NCBI GenBank assembly: GCA_002269645.1
Contig: NIVC01000356.1
Span: 1-64,000, forward strand
Direction: 5' to 3'
Length of the DNA: 64,000 nt
Origin: Macrostomum lignano
Taxonomy: Eukaryota
Notes under the pieces: generated by a model
Told to the model about the DNA's origin: nothing
Seen by the model: the letters and a program-made list of their open reading frames with translations, nothing else
Databases searched by the model: none
Shown here: in pieces, positions 50,401-60,994 of the stretch
Numbering within the stretch: position 1 is the stretch's first letter
Layout: each line of letters starts with the position of its first letter
Translations under genes and position numbers: made by a program

Positions 50401-53400
50401 TATAGCTGTTATACACTATAGCTGTTAGACACTAGCTGTTGGACACTATAGCTGTTAGACACTATAGCTGTTAGATACTATAGCTGTTAGACACTATAGC
50501 TGTTAGACACTATAGCTGTTATACACTATAGCTGTTAGACACTATAGCTGTTAGACACTATAGCTGTTAGACACTATAGCTGTTAGACACTATAACTGTT
50601 AGACACTATAGCTGTTAGATACTAGCTGTTAGACACTAGCTGTTAGACACTAGCTGTTAGACACTAGCTGTTAGACACTGTAGCTGTTATACACTAAAGC
50701 TGTTAGATACTATAGCTGTTAGACACTAGCTTTTAGACCCTAGCTGTTACATATTATAGCTGTTAGACACTAGCTGTTAGAAACTAGCTGTTAGACACTA
50801 GCTGTTAGACACTAGCTGTTAGACACTGTAGCTGTTAGACACTATAGCTGTTAGACACTATAGCTGTTAGACACTATAGCTGTTGGACACTGTAGCTGTT
50901 ATACACTATAGCTGTTAGACACTATAGCTGTTAGACACTATAGCTGTTAGACACTATAGCTGTTAGACACTATAACTGTTAGACACTATAGCTGTTAGAT
51001 ACTAGCTGTTAGACACTAGCTGTTAGACACTAGCTGTTAGACACTAGCTGTTAGACACTGTAGCTGTTATACACTAAAGCTGTTAGATACTATAGCTGTT
51101 AGACACTAGCTGTTGGACACTATAGCTGTTAGACAATTATCTGTTAGCTGTTAGACAATCCTTACCTGCAAATCCTTAGCCAGTTGGTCTTTGCTCGGCT
51201 CCTTTACAGTCGCGTACCTGTCGCACACGTAGAAGACCTCAAAGCAGTTTGCGGAGCTCAGCAGATCTGGGAAACCTGCCCCAACCACTTCAAGTTTGCG
51301 CATAGTCTTGATGCTGTTCCTGAGCAGTTTCGGGTACCAGCAGCCCGAGGACAGGCACTCCCAGCGCATCGAATCGCCGGGTTTGGCTTCCTCCAGCACG
51401 TTTTTCTCGATGTTGTTCAGAAAATTGCTCAGCTCGCCCTTCTCCCCGCAGCGCATGCCGGCCTCGGGGTTCACCACCACGCAGAAGCTGCCGTTCCTTG
51501 GCGACCGCAGCAACAGCCTGCGGTCAGTGGTGCACGAGTCTAGAAAGTCTTGATCAGTCTCCAGGAAGGACACGTTCGCACCGCTGCGCGTTGTGACGAC
51601 GCTGATTGAGCAGTCCGAGGTGGAGATACGTCTGCTGTACACCGAGTGCACCCCGTAGAGCAGTGTGCAGACCGCGTCATTGAGCACAGTTACAATCTTC
51701 ACCTTCAGCCCGTGCTTGTCCATGGATTTCTGCACGAGGGGGGATTTGTGGGGATAAGAAAGAGAACGGGATTTGAGAGTTGGGGATTCGGGAAATGGGG
51801 AAGAGACGGGGATTTAATAAGTGGGGAAAAGACGGGGATTTGGGAAGTGGGGGAGAGACAGGGATTTTGTAAGTGGGATAGAGAACGGAATTTGGGGAAT
51901 GGGGAAGAGACATGGATTCGGGAGGTGGGGTAGAGACGGGGATTCGGGAGGTGGGGAAGAGACATGGATTCGGGAGGTGGGGAAGAGACATGGATTCGGG
52001 AGGTGGGGTAGAGACATGGATTCGGGAGGTGGGGAAGAGACATGGATTCGGGAGGTGGGGAAGAGACATGGATTCGGGAGGTGGGGAAGAAGCCTATCCA
52101 TATACTAAAAATTGTCTCATCTATGGATCTCAGCTAAATGACTGCTCACTCATTTCGGCACCTCAAGGGTTCACACAAGCCAATCACTGATTCGCCCCAC
52201 CTGAAAGCTGGCCACAAAATCGCAGTTGATGAAATTCTCCATCTTGTAGTCTTTGAAAGTTTTCCCAACTCGCGCCTCGGCCGGCGAAATCTGCGGCTTC
52301 AGTCGAGCGTCGAAGCCGGCGACGATGCCCATGTAGATGGGGTCCGCCTGCGCCTGCAGCCCATTCTCCTGCAGCACCTGGCGGACGCAGATCGCAGTGA
52401 AGTCGCAATAGACGGACATTGGGGCGCGGCGCAGGGCGGGAGTCAGCACGAATGCGCGGCGGTCGACTGGCCGGAATTCGGTGGTGTCGCGACTGGTCTC
52501 CGACTGCCGGATGTTGCAAACGGCCACCTGAACAGCGGGTCAGGCTGGAACTGCTGGCAAGTGAGCTCCTACAATCCTCCCTAATCATATAATCCCACCT
52601 GTATGTACTCTTCGGTGATATTTTAGCAGGCTATCATTTTGGCGCCGCAGGCACTCATTTTGGCGCCGCATGCACTCATTTTGGCGCCGCAGGCACTCAT
52701 GGTTTTTGCCTCATGGTTTTTGGTACCCGCCGCGCCCAACCCCACCCCCAGGTGATTGGGGGGGGGCCACGGCCCCCCCCCGCTTCCCCCCCCTGGCTAC
52801 GCTACTGGTACCAGGGGCTCGGGGGGGGGGTTGGGGCAAGAGTCACTGAGCTGCTCTGTCCTGTCTACCATGCCTCACTAATATATTCAGTAAGTCTTGA
52901 ATTATATTTTTTATTTTCTCTTCCTCAACTCCCGAAACTTATCATCTTCCCAGATTAGAAATCCATTTCCATTTCTATCAGATCCATCACATCCCATCCC
53001 ATCCCATCCCATCCCATCCCATCCCATCCCATCCCATCCCATCCCATCCCATCCCATCCCATCCCATCCCATCCCATCCCATCCCATCCCATCCCATCCC
53101 ATCCCATCCCATCCCATCCCATCCCATCCCATCCCATCCCATCCCATCCCATCCCATCCCATCCCATCCCATTCCATCTCATCCCACCCAGTCCAATTCC
53201 ATCCCGGAATCCCATACAGTCCAATCTCACTCCGGAAATCTCATCTCATCCTATCTCATCCCGAGAATCTTATCTCATCCTATCTCACCCCGAGAATCTT
53301 ATCTCAACCTAACTCATCCCGAGAATCTCATCTCACCCTATCTCACCCCGGAAATCTCATCCCATCCTATCTCTTCGCATCTCATCGCGCACTTGAAAAA

Positions 53401-54548
53401 AATTGTCGTTGCAGCCAAAGTCCAGCGACAGGCATTTCCCGGCCACGCGGCCGACCGGCAGTATGGGGACGTAGGACCAGTGGATCGGGACCCCGTCGGC
53501 GCCTCGCTGCCTGAAGGTGTCAACCAGATCGAAGTCACGAATGATGATCAACAATATGATTCCGCGAATTTTGACATGGTTTCCAGACTGAACTCACTTG
53601 ACCAGGTCGTCAATGTTCTTTTTTAAACTGGCCACCAAGTTCTCCATCTCACTGGGCGACATCGCGAATTCCTTGAGGAAACACTCGACCTGTGGCGTTG
53701 TGACAGCAATAAGCAACTTATTTGGTGCTGAGCATGGGATTGTGGCAGCTGCAGATCTGCTGCTGATGTCAAGCCACATGCGGATGCAGGAATAGAATGG
53801 ATTGCTAATCTAGCCAATTTGTAGAATGTAGGAATAGAATGGATTGCTAATCTAGCCAATTTGTGGAATGTAGGAATAGAATGGATTGCTAATCTAGCCA
53901 ATTTGTAGAATGTAGGAATAGAATGGATTGCTAATCTAGCCAATTTGTAGAATGCAGGAATAGAATGGATTGCTAATCTAGCCAATTTGTAGAATGTAGG
54001 AATAGAATGGATTGCTAATCTAGCCAATTTGTAGAATGTAGGAATAGAATGGATTGCTAATCTAGCCAATTTGTAGAATGCAGGAATAGAATGGATTGCT
54101 AATCTAGCCAATTTGTAGAATGCAGGAATAGAATGGATTGCTAATCTAGCCAATTTGTAGAATGCAGGAATAGAATGGATTGCTAATCTAGCCAATTTGT
54201 AGGATGCAGGAATAGAATGGATTGCTAATCTAGCCCACAAGAATGCAGGAATAGAATGGATTGCTAATCTAGCCCACATGCGGATGCAGGAATAGCCAAT
54301 GGATTGCTAATCTAGCCCATGCTGATGACAGAAACCCTCACCGGGTCCTCAGCCGGCTCGCTTTTGTTAGACTCCGCTACACTGTTCCTGGCTCGTTTCG
54401 CGTCCTGCTCAATGGAATAAACACTTTTATTGATGGAGCTGACATCGTAGGCTGACATGACACTGTTGTCCCGCTGAGGCGCTGAGTAGCTGTTGAGCAC
54501 TGTGGTTGCAGCCGCGAGACCACCATCTGACTCTGAAGCCAAGATCGA
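44414..54548 (-). CDS. Divergent hexokinase-fold protein (probable pseudo-hexokinase), at least 7 exons, ~556 aa
   Basis: Exons 54548-54342, 53689-53598, 53510-53393, 52527-52201, 51729-51166, 45723-45454, 44506-44414, phase-consistent. Hexokinase landmarks in order: WSYVPILPVG…LSLDFGCN, VLNDAVCTL, SGANVSFLE, VVNPEAG, WECLSSGCWY, KRSATMLA, VELMPADTAFGCA. The 5' start is unresolved. Confidence 0.8.
44660..45400. repeat. ~11-bp TTTGGGA(C/T)-type minisatellite in last hexokinase-like intron
   Basis: Tandem degenerate units. Confidence 0.9.
45770..51155. repeat. 5.4-kb 14/16-bp satellite (TAGCTGTTAGACAC / TATAGCTGTTAGACAC) filling one intron
   Basis: Roughly 350 units with recurring variant blocks. 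Confidence 0.98.
51780..52090. repeat. 26-bp minisatellite (GGAGGTGGGGAAGAGACATGGATTCG)
   Basis: Tandem units in a hexokinase-like intron. Confidence 0.9.
52988..53175. repeat. (CATCC)n array
   Basis: Pentamer microsatellite in a hexokinase-like intron. Confidence 0.95.
53775..54315. repeat. 42-bp minisatellite (GGAATAGAATGGATTGCTAATCTAGCCAATTTGTAGAATGTA)
   Basis: About 12 units in a hexokinase-like intron. Confidence 0.95.
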
Positions 54549-54844
54549 CTGCAAAACCCTTTTCTATTGGTTTTGATCCTGAGCGTTCGAATTTAGATTA
54601 ATTTTTTTCAATAATCTTCACAATGTTGATATTGATATAATATTGAAAGTTCGACTTGGCAAATTTAAAAAACAGTTTTGTCTATGGTAAAATTTTCTTT
54701 TTGAAAAATCTAAAAAAGGGAATAAATATTGTAAAGAACGGAAGACATTTTCTAAAAGTTTCCAGAGTGAAATCTTGTATGGACTTGCCATAGACAGATC
54801 TTTGAAAAGAAAGAAGGAAGGGAAGAAGAACGACTGCGACTGAG

Positions 54845-55385
54845 TGATGGAGTGAGGTGGGTGAGGGAGTGAGGTGGGTGAGAGAGTGAGGTGGGTGAGG
54901 GAGTGAGGTGGGTGAGAGAGTGAGGCGGGTGAGGGAGTGAGGTGGGTGAGAGAGTGAGGTGGGTGAGGAAGCGAGGTGGGTGAGGGAGTGAGGCGGGTGA
55001 GGGAGTGAGGCGGGTGAGAGAGTGAGGTGGGTGAGGGAGTGAGGCGGGTGAGGGAGTGAAGTGGGGAGGGAGTGAGGCGGGTGAGGGAGTGAGGTGGGTG
55101 AGGGAGTGAGGTGGGTGAGGGAGTGAGGTGGGTGAGGGAGTGAGGTGGGTGAGGGAGTGAGGCGGGTGAGGGAGTGAGGTGGGTGAGGGAGTGAGGAGGG
55201 TGAGGGAGTGAGGTGGGTGAGGGAGTGAGGCGGGTGAGGGAGTGAAGTGGGGAGGGAGTGAGGCGGGTGAGGGAGTGAGGCGGGTGAGGGAGTGAGGTGG
55301 GTGAGGGAGTGAGGTGGGTGAGGGAGTGAGGTGGGGAAATGAGTGAGGTGGGGAAATGAGTGAGGTGGGGAAATGAGTGAGTTTG
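54845..55385. repeat. 17-bp minisatellite (GTGAGGGAGTGAGGTGG)
   Basis: Tandem units visible. Confidence 0.95.
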
Positions 55386-55999
55386 GGGGAATTATTGGCG
55401 ACTAGCTGTTGTAGGTAGCAGAGTCTCTGCCGGAGAGGAGAGGTGCAGCAGGCTGTGGCGCAAAGCAATATGCAAATTAAGGCAATGCACGCTCACACAG
55501 TCTCGACCAGAATCAAAATGAAAGCGAAGACTTTGAAAGCATTTATTTGCCAAGGCGGCTTCTCAATTCTGGAACAATCGTGCTCATCTGTCTTGCTCAT
55601 TCCTATTCTTCTTGTCTTTCTATTTTGCATTTCTGCACAAAATTGGCATCTGTGGCCATCGCACAGTCGGCTGAGCTGGCTTCTGAGGGGCTGAGGGTGG
55701 GTGCTACCTGTACGCGGAATATACAAATATTTCTCATCCCATCTTTCTTGAGACACAATGAATAGCCAGTCTCAGAGAGGTGAGTTCGGTGCACAAGCGA
55801 ACTGCGGCATTGCAGCTCCGGGCGTGTCTCTGCTTTTTAGACAGCCGCTGAGTTTGCTGCAAAATTTGCATCGGCAACCGAAGCACCGAAAAGCCTTTTT
55901 AAAAAGAATATAAAGACGCCAAAGCACTCGAGATTTTACCTGCCGACAAAGTTACAAGCCTTTAGTCTCGAGCATTGTTGTTAGCGTGTTAACTTTATC

Positions 56000-57891
56000 A
56001 TGGCAGACTTTCTCACCGCGTTTGAGTCAATTGACACCGACTTTAGCGGAGAGATCACCAGAGAGGAGCTGGAGGCCTACTGCAGGAAGCAGAACTTCGA
56101 TGAAAAGTTTGTACAGGTAAATCTGCTGAGATACTGTAGCCAGTTGTACAGGTAAATCTGCTGAGACACTGTAGCCAGTTGTACAGGTAAATCTGCTGAG
56201 ATACTGTAGCCAGTTGTACAGGTAAATCTGCTGAGATACTGTAGCCAGTTGTACAAGTAAATCTGCTGAGATGCTGTAGCCAGTTGTACAGGTAAATCTG
56301 CTGAGATACTGTAGCCAGTTGTACAAGTAAATCTGCTGAGATGCTGTAGCCAGTTGTACAGGTAAATCTGCTGAGATACTGTAGCCAGTTGTACAGGTAA
56401 ATCTGCTGAGATGCAGCCAGTTTAACTTGATGACTTGACGCGTAAAGCAAATCGCAAAATGCCAAAATTTACAGAAATGGCTGAACCTGTTTGATGCCGA
56501 CAACTCAGGCACCATCTCGATTGATGAGTACTGCGATACCCTCGGCCTCAGGCCCAACACTGAGTACATGTGAGTGCTTGGACTGGGGGGGGGGTCAGCC
56601 TCACAACCGTTGGAATGGAAGGAGCATGGATATCTAAGTACAAGGACGCTGTTCTCGCTGCACAGTGGGAGGGGGCAAATCCAAGGATTCTAGATGTACA
56701 TTATTTTGAGAATCGGTGTTTGTCAGAGCTCATTTTGTCACCCTGAAGCACAACTATTGATTTTCATAACGGGTCACAACGTGGTGTGGGGGACAAAGCA
56801 TTGGCATGTCCCCCATAGCTTTTACGCTCGTACTGGGGGGGGGGGAAACATGTCCCACCTGTCCTTTGAACAGGTCAAGAATCTTCTTTGACTGAGCCGA
56901 AACCACCTGAACCATACCCACCCCGCGCAGGGAAAAGGTGCAGGTCCAACGCTCCAATGCAGCACCAGCAGACGATGACTGGATGAACGGCGTCAAGGTA
57001 ATCGCAGTCGCCGAGGCCCTCGACGAGGATCTGATGCGCCTGATCGTCCGGCTGGCCCGGGAGGCTCAGGCCAAGCACACCGTCGAGAAGGACATCGCCA
57101 TGTACATCAAGGACCGGCTGGATGAAAAAGACCAGGCCGCTTGGCAGGTAAGATTTCTCTGAGATTTCGGCACAGGTGCACAACTGTTATTAGAAATTAC
57201 TGACTGGAAATTGGAAAGGTAGTCGGAGACCAGCCACCTCGAGCCCTACTCATGCCATCTTGTGCGTTCGTCATTAAAACAGAAGAGCAAGAAACCGTCG
57301 ATTTAGTGCTTAAAAATATCGATTTTCTGTCTGGCTGCTCTAAGGGGTCCGTAGCCCAGTGGTCAAGCGCGGCGCTCTGGTGTGCCAGCGGCCCAGGCTC
57401 GATTTCCAGTGCAGTCACATAAATTTGAGGCTAAATTGGAATCTCGGCTTGGCTCTGCTCGTGCAATTAACACAGTGAAGTGTACATGCCTAACGATAAA
57501 CAAAGTTAGGGCCGCTGTACACTCCTGTGTGAGTGTGTGCCTGTGCGTATGACTGCGTACGTATCCGCGCGCTTGTGTGCCTGCTCAGGGGAGTCGGCGG
57601 AATGGGCCGGCAGTAATGCCTCTCGCCGGTTGTGTGACAATGTCGCTTGAAGTGCAGGTCCTAAAGTATATTGTCCATCGTTTAACACGGTAACTTCTGG
57701 CAGTCTTTGTTCCTATGTATTCAATATAAAAGAATAATTGCTTTCAAGCTGGTTCATTTTCGACTCCATTTACTCAGGTGGTTCTCGGCCGATTCAAGTA
57801 CGGCTCCTTCGTGACGCACGAGAAAGGGTACATGCTGCACTTCTTTGTTGACCGTTTTGCTTTCCTCATCTGGCGCACTCCAAACTACTGA
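56000..57891 (+). CDS. Tegumental-allergen-like (TAL) protein: EF-hand pair plus dynein-light-chain-like domain, 4 exons, 180 aa
   Basis: Exons 56000-56116, 56475-56569, 56931-57147, 57778-57891. EF loops DTDFSGEITREE and DADNSGTISIDE; DLC-like EKDIAMYIKDRLDE…WQVVLGRFKYGSFVTHEKGYMLHFFVDRFAFLIWRTP. Confidence 0.92.
56117..56415 (+). repeat. 35-bp array starting at the TAL intron 1 donor (GTAAATCTGCTGAGATACTGTAGCCAGTTGTACAG)
   Basis: 8 full units plus a partial one. Confidence 0.97.
57344..57655 (+). mobile_element. tRNA-derived SINE, copy 3 (in TAL intron 3)
   Basis: GTAGCCCAGTGG (A-box-like) and GGCTCGATTTCC (B-box-like) head followed by the shared body. Confidence 0.85.
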
Positions 57892-58399
57892 TGGTTAGTA
57901 GTGCGAGACGCTACCCGACTAGGGACAGGGCCAGTTGGGGTTGGTCTCCAGGACAGATACTGCCTTCGTTAACCAATCTTCTACTTGAAGTAAAAATCAG
58001 GCTCATGGCAGTACTAAACTACAACAAATCATTAATGACGCTATCATTAACTAGAACTTGCCCTTGAATTTTGTTATCTGTTTATTCCAACCATTTTTAT
58101 TTATAACAAGTCGTTTTTAAAAACTAATATTTTTATTAGAAGTAACTTACATGTATATTAAAATCTTTCAATGCTTGTGCATTGTACTTGCTAACACTGT
58201 GCAGGAGATATATTTCGCTAATTAGTGTTATAAGCTAATATTTGAATATGTTCATTAAAAGTACTAATATAATATATTTTGAATGAAATCTTTACAAAGA
58301 AGATCAATGTTCTTACTGTGTTTACTAAAGTACAAATGTACTTGGGTCAGAGCATGGATATTGGCCAGGTAGGCTTTTCGATAGATTTCCCTGATTAGT

Positions 58400-58850
58400 T
58401 GGTGAATGTGCACTCAATGAGTTGGTGAATGTGCACTCAATGAGTTGGTGAATGTGCACTCAATGAGATGGTGAATGTGCACTGAATGAGTTGGTGAATG
58501 TGCACTCAATGAGTTGGTGAATGTGCACTCAATGAGTTGGTGAATGTGCACTCAATGAGATGGTGAATGTGCACTGAATGAGTTGGTGAATGTGCACTCA
58601 ATGAGTTGGTGAATGTGCACTCAATGAGATGGTGAATGTGCACTGAATGAGTTGGTGAATGTGCACTCAATGAGATGGTGAATGTGCACTCAATGAGTTG
58701 GTGAATGTGCACTCAATGAGTTGGTGAATGTGCACTCAATGAGTTGGTGAATGTGCACTCAATGAGTTGGTGAATGTGCACTCAATGAGTTGGTGAATGT
58801 GCACTCAATGAGTTGGTGAATGTGCACTCAATGAGTTGGTGAATGTGAAT
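58400..58850. repeat. 23-bp minisatellite (GAGTTGGTGAATGTGCACTCAAT)
   Basis: About 19 units. Confidence 0.95.
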
Positions 58851-58948
58851 GTGAAACATTATAATACTTCACCAAGATTGGACTGCAGCGTATAGTCTAT
58901 GGCCAAAGTTTTTTTATTTTTTGAAGTTAGATTAACGGCAGAGGGACA

Positions 58949-60170
58949 GTGTGCACCATGGCGCACTTTAAGCGACATTGTCACACAACCGGCGAGAGGC
59001 ATTGCTGCCCATTCCGCCGACTCCCCTGAGCAGGCACACAAGCGCGCGGATACGTACGCAGTCATACGCACAGGCACACACTCACACAGGAGTGTACAGC
59101 GGCCCTGACTTTATTTATCGTTAGGCATGTACACTTCACTGTGCCTTGGGGGTTGGGCCTCAAGGGTGTTAATTGTTCCCTTTTGTCTATGGTTTCCGGC
59201 ATTCATACTTGCGGTAACAATTTAATTGTTTGTCGGCTTTTTTCGATTGTTGCCGGATTTCAGACGAATGTATTTGGCTATCAAAACAAGGAACAACAAT
59301 AGCAACACGGCGAAAGTGTTTCATAGTCACAAAAAGTTCTTAAGAACAAACCGATCGAATCAATTGTTTTACTTTCCGTAAAAGTTGAATGTGCAGTTGT
59401 GGAACTGACCACCACAGAGGCTTCTCGGCAGGTCTTGGCCGCCCTCGGGTGCTTTCATCAGCTCGCCTCTATCAGACCCAGTTGTCACACTTTCGATGGT
59501 GGATTCCGCATCGTCGTCAATCTTGGTGACTTTGGACCCATAGGCAGCCAGGTTGTCCATCTCCAGAACGTAGCGCGTGCTCGACTCTCGGGTGACAAAA
59601 GCCAACTCGTCCGTGGAGAGTCCACATATTTCTCCGCCAGGAATGTTTGCGTAGCGAATCATAGCTACTTTTCCTATTTGCACTCCGAATAGGAGAATTA
59701 ATTCAAGCTCAAAATCAACTTGAGAATTAACTCATGGCAGCCAGGCTAGCTGTCTTCACTGTCCTTTAAATTTGCCATAAACGATTAATTATCTCTACAA
59801 CCCTTTCATTTAGAGAGCAACTAAATTTGCCATAGACGATTGATTATCTCTACAACCCTTTCAAAGCGCATTCCGGCAACAATCGCATTTCATACTCAGC
59901 ATCCGCACTATGTCTGGGCCATAGACAAGGGAAGTCAAAAGGGTACAATAATGACATGTACCGATTTTTTTCGGCAGCAATTGCGTAAGCTGAAGCCGCG
60001 TAGCGGCTGAAGCTTAGTAGAGCAATGCGAAGTGCGAAAAAAATCGGTATATATCGTTACATTGCACGAGCAGAGCCAAGCTGAGATTCCAATTTAGCCT
60101 CAAATAAATTTTACAGCACTTGGAATCGAGCCTGGGCCGCTGGCACATCATAGCGCCGCGCTCAACAAAG
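58949..60170 (-). mobile_element. tRNA-derived SINE, copy 4, split by an 885-bp insertion
   Basis: The body 58949-59175 ends GTTAATTG and resumes as ATTGCACGAGCAGAGCC at 60061. Uninterrupted copy 2 reads GTTAATTGCACGAGCAGAGCC. Confidence 0.85.
59176..60060. mobile_element. 885-bp non-autonomous insertion (Crypton- or Helentron-like)
   Basis: ATTG on both sides; asymmetric inverted repeat (59176-59192 vs 59919-59933); terminal hairpin with 15-bp perfect stem (59959-59973/60035-60049); minus-strand ORF 59369-59683 ending GGQFHNCTFNFYGK. Confidence 0.65.
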
Positions 60171-60402
60171 ACCATAGACATCAGTAGATTAAAAAAGGCA
60201 ATCAATTTTAATGCCCGCCAGCACACGCCAGATCCGAAATAGCTGGGCAGGGGCAGATGCAAGTCAGACAGATTTCAAAATCTGTCCCGCGTTGTAAAAG
60301 TTGATCAGCAAGTGCTTGACCAGTTGGCGGCAGCAGCAAAGACTCAGGCCAGACGGAACATTAAGGAGATCGCCGCTTATCAGCTGTAGGCAGCCGCCAG
60401 CC

Positions 60403-60735
60403 ATGCCGCAAGCGCCTCTGAAGCAGTGCCGGCGGTCGCGCAGCCGCAGCAAGCCGCCCAACAGTTACAACAACGCCGAGATGGAGGCCGAGCCCAATCA
60501 CGACTTGACGGCCGCCAGGGACCCCGACGAGTTCAAATTCCTGCTGACCATCAGCGACCTGGTGCCGCGCAACTCGCATCATTCCAGAGCCTCTGGCAAG
60601 GTGCCCCTGGCAGCGAAGTCGTCCTGCGGCCGGGCTGCCGAGTCCACTGAGGACGATGAGTCATCGATGGCGAACAACAACCAGGACTTCGTCTTGCTGC
60701 TGACTGGCCTTGTGCCGCACCCGCCAGAAGCCTGA
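60403..60735 (+). CDS. Small orphan protein, 110 aa
   Basis: GC-rich ORF with coding-like codon usage, ATG in GCCAGCCATG context, and two related motifs DEFKFLLTISDLVP and QDFVLLLTGLVP. Confidence 0.55.
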   Translation: MPQAPLKQCRRSRSRSKPPNSYNNAEMEAEPNHDLTAARDPDEFKFLLTISDLVPRNSHHSRASGKVPLAAKSSCGRAAESTEDDESSMANNNQDFVLLLTGLVPHPPEA

Positions 60736-60994
60736 CTCTGACAATGACGGTGCTCAAACCCCAGCTTTTTACAAATAGCTGGTCTATTCATTGAGTTGTT
60801 TTCTGATTTTCTAATCCGTTTGTTATTTTAAATGCACAAATTTTCCTAGGAATTCAATGCATTTAAATGGCATTGGCCCCATTTTATATTGCCAGAAAAG
60901 GAAAGTAAAACTTGAAAAAAGACTTTTCAAATGCAATGCTGAATTTGTCTGGTTTGAGTTACCTCTGGATCTTCTTTTTTCTCTCTGACCTGGA

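Noticed and set aside
52740-52830. G/C-run palindrome plus CTGGCTACGCTACTGG, like a MITE terminus
   Set aside because: The partner terminus was not found, so at most a fragment.
54342-54560. Hexokinase-like exon starting in frame after TTGCAG|, as a second SL-AUG case
   Set aside because: A strong pyrimidine-rich acceptor near 54800 suggests further upstream cis exons, so the start cannot be attributed to SL.
57344-57420. tRNA-like sequence with A/B boxes
   Set aside because: No convincing cloverleaf or acceptor stem; it is the head of a multi-copy SINE.
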